DNA of 63,917 nt, counting the filler, from Phoronis australis (Eukaryota > Animalia > Phoronida), in assembly GCA_002633005.1 (NCBI GenBank). It is 10 parts of 10 records of this genome, joined end to end, with 100 filler letters (N's around TTAATTAATTAA, not from the genome) between each part and the next. Parts side by side here need not be neighbours in the genome. Positions count along the whole stretch, not along the records: positions 49,927 to 54,625 come from NMRA01002511.1; positions 54,726 to 57,055 come from NMRA01003733.1; positions 57,156 to 61,022 come from NMRA01002800.1; positions 61,123 to 63,917 come from NMRA01003419.1; 6 more parts are not named here. One strand, 5' to 3'. Positions 53,539-63,917 of the stretch are shown piece by piece. Both the position numbers and the translations under genes were made by a program. Numbering within the stretch: the first letter of the stretch is position 1; each line of letters starts with the position of its first letter. The notes under the pieces are model-generated. The model had not been told where the DNA came from, made no database searches, and saw only the letters and a list, made by a program, of their open reading frames with translations.

Positions 53539-54198
53539 AGCAGCCAAGTTATCTTTAAGACGATACACAAATACAATGTCACGCAGATAGATCTCATCTG
53601 TAGGACACTGAACAATATCAAATGCAGATTTCTTTGACTATCTAGGCCCAAAATAGCAACACATGATTACCCAATGTATGCAATTAAAGAAATGAGTGAA
53701 TTCATTTAACGAGTAAGGATTCAATGATACAAAATGAACAAATTCACATAGTCGCCATATATTTCATCATTATACATGGTAAACGTTAAAATATTGCTTA
53801 ACATATTAAATCTACATGACAAGTTTTATATCCCGACAATTGGAACACAATGAACAGGATAAGTAAGTTGACAATTCATGTATTCAACAAAACAACTTTA
53901 CACACAGGTGGATTTAGGCTAGGCCTGTCCTAGAGGCACAACTACACAATACGCCATAATGACAGGCTAACAGAATTATGAGCAAGTTTTGCAATTACTG
54001 CAAGTTAACATAATGTGGCATTCCATATGTGATTATAGATATTGACTTGAATGTGGATGGTGGAACTAAGCCAAGGAAAGAGCAGACACAAAATAAAATT
54101 AACGTAATTTTACTATTGCACGCATTGGGCAAAACACAGTGTTAATGCCCGTAAATGCCAGTCTGTACAAAAGTCAAGTTAACGCTGCCCCTCCATAA

Positions 54199-54355
54199 GG
54201 GCTGTTCCAGTAAAATCTGTGTGGGAGGGGGGGACGGCAGTAGAAATAAAAATTCATGGGTGGTTGTCTTCAGAAAAAAACACAAATTATGGGTGGTTGT
54301 TCCTGTAAGAAGAGATGCATTAAAAATGGGTGGTATTTTTTTACCTTTAATGTTG
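54199..54355 (+). mobile_element. Partial Harbinger-type MITE, copy 4
   Basis: TAA|GGGCTGTTCCAGTAAAATCTGTGTGGGAGGGG. Confidence 0.75.
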
Positions 54356-54725
54356 ACAGGTTGGTTACTTCAGCTACTTCAGCAGTCAAAAATCAAAAAA
54401 AAAGAATATATCCTAACTTATCCCAATACAAAAAAGCCCATATTGCCAGTGAACAGAGTGCAATATGTTCACTAAGCTATTAATCAAGTCATGGGCAACT
54501 TGATTTGAGCCAACTGTCTGTCTGCAGTCCAATTGAATTGAAAAGTTACGCAACACTAAACTGGTGTTAACACATATAAGAAAATTGATGATTTTTAAAT
54601 AAAAAGTATGAGGAGTAAGATAAACNNNNNNNNNNNNNNNNNNNNNNNNNNNNNNNNNNNNNNNNNNNNTTAATTAATTAANNNNNNNNNNNNNNNNNNN
54701 NNNNNNNNNNNNNNNNNNNNNNNNN

Positions 54726-56180
54726 TCCATCAGGTGATGCTGGGCCTTGGTCGGAATCAGGACTGGGAGAGGCAGGACCAGATTGCCCTACGTCATCATC
54801 GGGCGATGCTAGCTCAGTATCTGATTGAGGACTGGCTGGCCCTTCGTCCATCTCAGGACTAGCAGGTCCATCAGGTGATTGTCGGCCTCCACCAGAATCA
54901 TTCACACTGTCATTATCAGATTCATCCATTTCACCTTCTCCTGAGTGTTGTTCACCCTCTTTGTCCGATTCATTATCACTCTCGTCATCCTCCGACACTA
55001 TCTCCCCATCATCAGATTCCTCTTCCTTATCTTTGTCTTCAACAGTGACCTCTTCTTCCCTGCCTTCAGTGTCAGCCGCATCTTCACCTTCGCTATCACT
55101 CTCAATTAATCCTTCTTCCTCGTCATTTTCTTGAGACTGAAACCAACCATGAAAAATCATACAAAAATCATTGCATTTGAATACATGAATTTTTATCATA
55201 GACTGCAGTTTATCGAACACACAACAGTAATGCGTAAGCAAATGTCACACAAAACAACAACTATAATTGTGCTAATATTATTTAAAACAACACAATTAAA
55301 CTTTAGGTAAGTTCGTGATCCACAGGTGACAATTTGTGTATCGTCAACATTGCAAGGAATCTACAAAGCACATTTTCTTGGTATGACAGGACTAGTCACT
55401 TGTGAAAGAGTAGGTGGAATACCTGGCAACATCTATCCACTAAACGAAATTGAGATTTTGATCAATGTTTGGCAGCAAGTTTGTTAGCTGTGCCAATGCG
55501 AAATGAGAATTTTCAGCCTTGAAAAACGGGCTATTTAAAAAACAGGACAATCTAACTTAGCTCCAGGAGGGTGACTTGATTTTCAGGGTCAGTTGCCCAG
55601 GAAACAACTGGGCTTTTCAGGCCTAGGGTATGGATACCCTGGGAAATTTGGAAAAGCATTTTGGACACCAGAGTGAACTCCTGGGCCAGCTCAACAATAC
55701 GCAACAAGGTTATAATCCATATTGTAGTGAATTTTTGCAAAACACGCTTTCTAAGCCTTGAGTACCTGCCTGAGACAAAACACAAGAAATATTTTTTATC
55801 ACTGGAGAATTTTCTGGCCTCGTGGGTCAATGAGGTAGACCTTAAGTCTCAAAAATGAAACATCATGTGCCCTGATCACAAAGTACTTGGCTTACTTAAG
55901 CAAGGCATTTCCAGGAACACATTTTTAGTGGTTCTTAGCAAACCCATTACCTGTTGACTGTAAGCTTGAGTAAAGTTTTCCCGATTTTCATCATCACGCT
56001 CAGGCTGCTGACTGTACGCTTGAGTGAAGTCTGGACGTTCATCTTCTTCTCCTATGTCACGCTGACTGTAGGCTTGAGTGAAATCTGGAGGATTTTCTTC
56101 TCCTTGGTCATGCTGACTGTAGGCTTGAGTGAAGTCTGGATATTCGCGTTCATCTTGGACAGGTGTAGACCCACCATCAT
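54726..56180 (-). CDS. IWS1: IWS1 (Spt6-interacting transcription elongation factor) N-terminal exons; partial
   Basis: Exon 56180-55951 starts DDGGSTPVQDER (cf. vertebrate IWS1 DDGGATPVQDER) and splices in phase 0 to exon 55136-<54726, an acidic SD/PASP-rich tract that runs into a gap. Confidence 0.8.
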
Positions 56181-57155
56181 CTAAAACATAGTCATACACT
56201 GATTAGGTGAACATTGTTCTGCGCAAAACATCCAGTTAGTGTGATCACAGGAAGTCTTGCCCTATTTTGATGATCGTTTTTAAGCGACTCACTAAGTCAC
56301 TCACTCTTACCACACTGTGACTAATAGTAGTTCTGATCTCGTACAACAGGGGGTACAGGATTTTTTCTACACCTAAGCCCTAAAACAAACCTCTCAACAT
56401 GCTAGGTGGCGCAAGATTTAAATTTTCATTTGCATGGAAAGAGTGTTGACAATGTCACCAGACAAACAAGATCCCATGTGACCATGTGACCAGAGGTCCC
56501 ACTACAACTTCTAGTGTTCCACATCACCAAGGTAGATGTTGTCCAGCAGATCATCTTCAAATATTAATATGAATATCCTGGAAAGCTCAACAACTACATT
56601 TTTACTAGTTGTTGGCCTTTATTTATTATGAACAGGGATACTGTTGTCAAACAAATACAGAGATGACCAACGATGTGAACTTATGCAGTTTGACATTCTC
56701 GGGCTCAAAGCTACAAAGCCCTGAATGCTATATAACAAGGCTGGTTTAAGCTGTAGAAGAACGCAGGCCTCCAGCATGGTCATTTTGTGCCTGATCCAGT
56801 TAGCCATAGAGCAATTGCCTGCTGACGAGCAGTTCAAAGAGGCAATTATGCAACTTTAATAGACACAACTGGAAGTCGCACAAAAACATGAAGATGAGCC
56901 TTTCATCAAGCATTCGACAATGGCCTCTCGAAGGTAGAGTGTCTCATTTTCTCAAAGATTTATAATCTTGACCTTCTTTATTTTGGTTAACTGAAGAACA
57001 CATTTTGAGATTCTGAACTGAGCCCAGGTAGTGCATCGTAGAGCAAGTTTCATGTNNNNNNNNNNNNNNNNNNNNNNNNNNNNNNNNNNNNNNNNNNNNT
57101 TAATTAATTAANNNNNNNNNNNNNNNNNNNNNNNNNNNNNNNNNNNNNNNNNNNN

Positions 57156-57224
57156 AATATGTCTAGGATAACCAACCAACCTTATTTTAGCTCAAAATGA
57201 CATGGAAAAAGGTTGCCTTCGCCT
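57156..57224 (+). mobile_element. Right terminus of a second copy of the Kolobok-type element
   Basis: Near-identical to 15874-15942; homology stops exactly at the TTAA. Confidence 0.8.
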
Positions 57225-58999
57225 TTAAATTCTTTCCTTAAAGCAAGCTAATAGGAGGTCAGAAATTTGCCAGCTTCTCCAAGTATGGGGATTTATTTTT
57301 TGCCAGCATCTTCCCTGTCTAAGTTGACTCAATGTGTTGGAGTTGACTAGACTAGATATAAGGTATTAATTAGGGGGCAACACAGATAGGCATCCCTGTG
57401 TTGTTTTAAGTGATGGATTTACAGTTCAACTACTATATGAAAGGTGAAGAGCTTTCCAGCTATGAGTAACTGAAAGGTGTGGTGTTATATTGTCTGGTGT
57501 TTTTCATAAGTTCCGTTGGTGACATCTGGTCATCCAATTACTGTCAATGTGAATTATTTCGAATTTTGATTTTGTTGGCTAGTAGTGTTGCATGGTTGTA
57601 TCATATTGATGTTATCCAGCAAACTTGTGTGACGTTCGCCTGAAGTTCAAAGTGCACCTCAATATCACTCATGCTGAGTTAAAGAGGTAGCACCTGCTGT
57701 CTCTTCAGTGGCTTGCAGAGTTGTAATTGGTTGAGAATGAGAAAGTTGTGTTATTAAGGACCCCACACAACTGGAAAACGTGCGGTAAAATATGAAGACG
57801 CATATCATTGGTAACAGTTGGTTTAGTTCTGGCTACAACTGGGAAATTGGAGAGCGTCGAAAAGAGGTTCAACAATGTTGTGCTCTTGATGCAGTTTTCT
57901 CTGTAAAACCAAAATGTGTCAGGGGAGCCTTTCAGATGTGTGAGGGCTCATTCAAAAGTGTTGCAAGTGCCTGCAAACAGGCCGTAGAGACACGGAACAA
58001 GTTGTGAAGTACGTTGCGATGGGCACACCCGTACAGTGGTATTTTCGTCAGTAGCAGAAAAATTGTGTCATTATTACTAAAACGTGTTGTATCCAATGAG
58101 GGTTGTGTTGCTGGAGTCTCCCGTTGCGTTCTACTGAGGGCGCTATCTGTTTGGTTGGGAATGTGCCAACTAGGCTAGGAGCGTAAGGAATGGCAACCAT
58201 GACACCTTGTGAAAGTGTTCTACGTTTTACTCAAAGAATTTATTAACAGCTACACTGTAGAAATTGAAAGTTAAGGTGATGTAGGAGTCTTGAAAAATGT
58301 CAACACCAGCCTCAGTGAATGGTTACTAGTATCACTTGTGCTTTGCTGGTGGTTTCACTTACCCCAAAAGTGCTGGTATTTTTGCTAGCATTTTTGTGGC
58401 CAGACCACTTGCACGAAGGACACAATGGGAAGGGGTAATAGATCTGAGTTTTTGTCAGTTTACGACAGGTGTGTTTTGACATTGAGTTTCCCATAAAGGT
58501 GAACCCGGGTGGGTGAAACAAAACTGGACAGTTTGTCTTTATGGCTAAAACAAGAAACTTTTCGATTTCGTTTCACGGCGAAACTGCTGTCGTTTCCACC
58601 ACTTGCGTAAAGCTAGTGATAGTGACAGTCTGTCTTAGTGTCTTATTGCTAAATATAAGGTATGGTGAGGAGAGGTTACCATGGTAAGAAAATTATTCAA
58701 GAATCCTGTTGCTTGTTAAGACTTGGATAAGTGTACAAGATGCTTATTTGCCATACCTTGAGTTTTAGTTTTTCTTCTGTGTAATTGTGGCGTGTTAATA
58801 TCAATTGCTGAATTTTCAGGTCTTGATTAGTTATTGAACATTTTTCAAATTGACACAGCTAGTTCCGGATACGTTTTGTTTTGGTTTTCAAGAAAAAATG
58901 AACAGATGTCCAGGCCACACTTTGTTGAAAATTGTAGAATTTCAAAATTAGCGAATTACGTACTGTAGCCAAAAATGCAGTTGATTTCATAATATTTCA

Positions 59000-60645
59000 T
59001 TTTTATGCGCCCACATATTTATATGTGGACGCATTATGCCGTCATCTCTGTCCGTCCGTCCGTCCGTCCGGGCGGCGTCCGGCGTCCGCTGCTCTATCTC
59101 CAAAACCCTTTAACATACGTTCATGAAATTTGGCACATATGTTCCATTCATAAATGGGACGGCATGTGGGAACTTTCGGACGGATCCGACTACCGGTGTG
59201 CCCCCTAGTGGCAATTTTAATTTTTTTACGCTTACCTTTGTATCTTCACAAGTCCTTAACGGATTTTCATGAAATTTGGTATGTAGGCACCTTTTAGTGA
59301 GGTGACGCTATCCTCCCGTTTTCAGATGGATTTGACATAGTTTGCGCCACCTAGTGGCCATTTTTAGTGTTTTCGAGTCTGTTTTTGTGCGTCCACCCCT
59401 CTATCAACCAAACCGCTCAAAGGATGATTGTGAAAATTGGCTTGTATATGCTTACTATGTAGAGGACGGTTGACGATGATTTTCCGACGATTTCGACTAC
59501 TGTGGCGCCTCCTAGTGGCAGTTTTGTTTTTTTTTGCGCCTATGGCTGTGTCTCCTAAACATTTCGCAGGATCTTTGCGAAATTGTGTAAGTATATTTAT
59601 ATGATGTTAACAACGGAAGATGACGACTTTTGGACGGATCCGACTACTGGTGTGCCCCCTAGTGGCAATTTTAGTTTTTTACGCTTACCGTTGTATCTTC
59701 AAAAGTACTGAACAAATTTTCATGAAATTTGGTATGTAGGCACCTATTAGTGAGATGCCGCTATCCTCCCGTTTTCAGATAGTTTCGACATAGTTTGCGC
59801 CACCTAGTGGCCATTTTTAATGTTTTCGAGTCTGTATTTTTGCGTCCACCCCACTATCAATCAAACCACTCAAAGGATGATTGTGAAAATTGCCGTGTAT
59901 GTGGTTACTATAAGGAAGACAGCTGACAATGATTTTCAGACGTTTTGGACTACTGTGGCGTCTCCTAGTGGCAGTTTTGTTTTTTTTGCGCCTATGGCTG
60001 TATCTCCCAAACCGTTTGCAGGATCTTTACTAAATTTAGCAAGTGTATTTATGTCATGTTGACTACGGACGATGACGACTTTAGGATGATTCTGACTACC
60101 GGTATGCCTCTAGTGGCAATTTTAGTATTTGACTCTAGTGGCAATTTTAGTATTTTACATTGACCTCTGTATTTTCATAGGTCTTCAGGTGTATACTTTG
60201 TGTTACTTCGTGACTATGAAGGAAAAGTTCCAAGTAGAAATTTTTTTCTGGCATTCTAATGCTGTGCTAATCTCGTATGTTGGTAAATTTGCTTTTAATT
60301 CTATGTTTCTGTGGTGCTTTAAGCAACTGGTGTATAGGATGTGNCTTGTATTATGAAGATCACTCACATTTTGCCCCTAGCCTATTGAGGAGACAATGAC
60401 CATGCCTTTCCATTTTGCAAAGTGCAACATACTACATATATGCCCTCTACTGGCCACTTTATGCTACCAATAAACAACCCTAGAAGGATACCGTATACGG
60501 TGCAATTGTGGGCGCATTTCAACGCTCTGCGTTGCTCTTGTACTTCATCTAGTGGCCATTTATATGTTCCAGTTAAACACCCCTAGAGGCATACCGTTTG
60601 CGGTGCATTCGTGGGTACATTTCAGTGCTCCACGTTGCTCTTGTT
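59000..60645 (+). mobile_element. Helentron-associated (DINE-1/HINE-like) non-autonomous element with internal tandem array
   Basis: Subterminal inverted repeats ATGCGCCCAC (59005-59014) and GTGGGCGCAT (60508-60517), (GTCC)n microsatellite, 3' stem-loop CAACGC-TCT-GCGTTG, T-rich flanks; internal ~150-bp subunits form a ~454-bp higher-order repeat; 3' end duplicated to ~60645. Confidence 0.75.
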
Positions 60646-61122
60646 GATTGTGGCCGTGCAAAATGACTTTCAAACACATTAAAATTAATGATGTGTTCTC
60701 TTTCATCAGTCAAGAAAAAGCAGTTTGAAGAAAATATCAGAAGACGGTCTGGGTGAACCGAAGGTAATGATGTCTGTGTACTTCATATTATTTGTGACTG
60801 ATGCGTTCATTATGTCACATTATGGCCATTGTTCAGTTAGCCATAGTCACTTGTCACTTACAACTTATAGGGCCCCAATTTTGAGAACCAGTTTGATTAG
60901 CACTCGATGCTTAGCTCAACGTTAAGTCGCATTTGTCGAGCTTACAGAAATCTGAGGTAACCAAACCTGAAAGACCCTGGCGGCCAAGTGAAATCTGAGG
61001 AATGCCGATTTGGTGTAAAAATNNNNNNNNNNNNNNNNNNNNNNNNNNNNNNNNNNNNNNNNNNNNTTAATTAATTAANNNNNNNNNNNNNNNNNNNNNN
61101 NNNNNNNNNNNNNNNNNNNNNN

Positions 61123-62320
61123 ACCTTTGAAAATTATACCATCATGTATAGCTAGCTCATCTCTGATAGAGAAATACGGTTGCGCCAGTGGTGATACTTG
61201 TGCCTTTTCGTCAGGCCAGCCTTCTTGGATGACTGATTTCAAAACAGTCAAACTTTGATCAGCCTCAGTTGCTCTTCTGATTGCTTCCAGTCGTGAATCA
61301 GTTATTGTGACGAACTGTGTGGCATTCACACATTCAAACTCATTTTTGTTGTGCCCCTCTGTTGTAGGCATATAGGCTCTAGATAAAGTATCAGCAAGAT
61401 ACATTTGCTTCCCTTGGCTGTATGTTACCACTAGATCATACTTTTGTAGTCGCATCATCATGCCTTGAAGTCGCTTCGGTGCACAGGCAAGGCTTTTCTT
61501 CATGATGCTTTCAAGTGCTTTATGATCGCTGATCACATGGGTCGTTCTCCCAAACGTGTACTGGTGGAATTTCTCCACACTCCAGGTTATCGCGAGCATT
61601 TCTTTCTCTAGTTGGGCATAGCGTGTTTCTACGTCACTCAATGCTCTGCTCACAAATGCTAGCGGCTGACCCTTCTTGAAGCAGTGCCGCTCCAAGTCCA
61701 GCCTTACTAGCGTCGCACTGGATCGAAAGCTCTTTCGCTGGGTCATAAAATCTCAGTACAGGTGCCTCTGACACAAGTTTCTTCACTTGCGTGAGTGCAC
61801 TTTCTTATGCGTCGGACCACGTCCACGGCACATTCTTGCGTGTCAACTGCCTAATAGGTTCCATCACATCTGACAGTCTAGGTAGGAATTTAGCAAGGTA
61901 ATTCACAAATCCATTCAGTCGTCTAATGCCTTCAATATCAGTAGGTCTTGGCATTTCTTGTACTGCTGTCACTTTCGCAGGGTCAGGCTTCAGACCATCT
62001 TGTGTGACCATGTGTCCAAGAAAAGGTACTGACTTCTGTCGTATTCGCATTTTAGCTCGGTTGAGACGTATTCCAACTTCTCTGCACCGCTGAAATAGTT
62101 TTTCAAGCTTGTTGTCATGGTCCTTAGTGGCTTCTTCGTCGTTGTTGCCGGATCCATAAATCATCAGGTCATCCGCAACGCATACAACTCCTGGTAAGTC
62201 ACCAACGCAGCTATACAGACGCTTTGCGAACAATTCGCTGCTGACATTTGTACCAAATGGAAGACGTAACCATCGAAATCTACCAAACGGTGTACCAAAC
62301 GTTCCAGATTGGAAACGTAC
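61123..62320 (-). mobile_element. Ty3/Gypsy LTR retrotransposon pol fragment (RT + RNase H), disrupted
   Basis: TPFGRFRWLRLPFG, VADDLMIYG, VPFLGH, GFVNYLAKF; RNase H YAQLEKEMLAI, SDHKALESI, ADTLSRA. Premature stop at 61805-61807 and a frameshift; no LTR seen. Confidence 0.92.
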
Positions 62321-63081
62321 ATATGTGTACACAAAGACGACGAGTCAAAGAATATGTCTCTTCTTGTCTTCATAGTTTTCTTTCTATGCCTAAATATAGT
62401 TTTCCAGCTTGTCGCTAGGGGGCGTAGGAAGGCAAGGTCCCAAGTACAACTTCCATAAATTTCAGTGACGGATCTAGGATATGACAAGGGGGGGGGCAAC
62501 ATTTTGTCTGTAAACATTTGCTCAAAGCACGATTGTAGATGTGCATAGCACCAAATGGGGGGAGGTCAGGAAATTTTTCTGTTTTTTCCTATAAAAGAAA
62601 AAAGCAAAAAAAAAAAAAAAAAAAACAGAGAAAGTGTCACATAGGAAAAACTGCAAATACCACAGACATGAACTTACGACCTGGAGGATAGAGCGCGAGT
62701 GTTTTAGCACTGCACCACCACGATTTAACTCCTAACTTGATATTAAGAGACCTTTGTTTATAGTGCACAGCGTTTGCGCGCGAAACCTCCTTCTTTTTGT
62801 AATGCTCATTACATGTTTTGTATTTTGTGATATCAGTTCGTAACAAATTTGTTGTATTTAAATAGTCTTCAATTGCCCAAAAGACCAAATCCGTTATTTG
62901 TGTTGGCAATAATGACGCGATTGCTTTGGAAATCGGTTTGACAAAGAGAGAATTATGAGTTTCTGAGTGATTCACTAAGACTTCGATTAAAATTGACGTC
63001 TTACCAGCAGCTTCTGTTTTTTCATCATCACTGAGATTCCATTTTCTTTAAAAAAATGAAGTAATTTTCTTCATTGCACAG

Positions 63082-63812
63082 TGGAGCAGACGACGGAAAC
63101 GGAGTCGTAATGCCCAGCGCCACTGCCGGTCGCCTGGGATATCGCGGGAGAGCCTATACTTAGCCATAGTTCCGTTACGATTGCGCCATGTTCCGAATTT
63201 GACACTTGAAATTGGATCTGAGCCCNCTTTCTCCCAATACCATTCACGGTGTCCTGTTCCGGCGGCTTCGTAAGAAATTCGCAGTCAAAGAACAAAAATG
63301 TTCACAAAAAACCCTCGCGCACGTCCATCGGTTGCCGCTCGAGGTCAAGGACAGTACGGAAATTGCCGGTGAGTTACTTTTATGAAACGCAGATTATCTT
63401 TAAACCTGGTCTAAGTCCAGTTTAAACCAGGTTTAACTTAAAACCACCTTTATGAAATCGGCTGTGTGAGGCCTTGTTCGTTAACACTAGGAACCAGTAC
63501 GGGTTCCTAGGTTAACATACATGTAAACCACTTGAACTCGACTGAGCATTTTAAATATATTTTGTGCATATATAGATAACTAATTGTGTACAACTACTCT
63601 GTGTTTATCTTCTATTGCAGTCGTCAGTTACCAGTGACTACAAACCTGGGACTATTGGTCCTAGCTACAAACATTTCACACATTCGCCCTTCTTGGATGC
63701 CTACCCACTTTCTCATTGTGACTTTGAAACAAGTCCTCTTCCATTAAACTCGCCAATTACACGCTTTTCAGACAAGAGCAAAAGTTTCAAAATAGAAATT
63801 GCTGCACCATAG
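63082..63812 (+). CDS. Two candidate exons (63082-63368, 63621-63812) of an unidentified gene
   Basis: Strong acceptors (TTTTCTTCATTGCACAG; TCTTCTATTGCAG) and donor CCG|GTGAGT; CpG-rich. The frame is ambiguous at the N at 63226; no recognisable domain. Confidence 0.3.
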
Positions 63813-63917
63813 GAGATTGAATGAAACTTAGGGAAATACAATAACGAATGAAAAAAAATTATCTTTCAGAGACTCCATCATATTTGCCTGCTTTAACAGC
63901 GGTACGAGTCTATTCGC

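Noticed and set aside
63005-63045. 41-nt minus-strand micro-exon (KWNLSDDEKTEAA) as an upstream IWS1 exon
   Set aside because: Phase-compatible, but two gaps intervene and it has no similarity to IWS1; unsupported.

Overview
AT-rich, intron- and repeat-rich animal genomic scaffold (marine invertebrate-like; taxon is inference) broken by nine 100-nt placeholder gaps (N-run/TTAATTAATTAA/N-run) and three plain N gaps. Recognisable genes: intronless DNPH1 (-) head-to-head with a complete 5-exon ARPC4 (+); the N-terminal exons of RagA/B (-); the N-terminal exons of IWS1 (-); a CEP57-like last exon (-); three spliced exons of an EAR/EPTP-repeat protein (-); and terminal exons of an unidentified protein with a C-terminal membrane anchor (-). 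Mobile DNA: a decayed CR1/L2-type LINE with a 2A-like remnant, a TTAA-flanked Kolobok-type transposon (THAP + transposase remnant), a Gypsy pol fragment, a tRNA-derived SINE, Harbinger-type and other MITEs, and several minisatellites. Best second-look items: a minimal hammerhead ribozyme at 20745-20792, a Helentron/DINE-like element carrying a phased array of co-oriented CTCF-like motifs, and the membrane-anchor exons directly downstream of the truncated RagA. All calls come from manual reading; no database searches were run.
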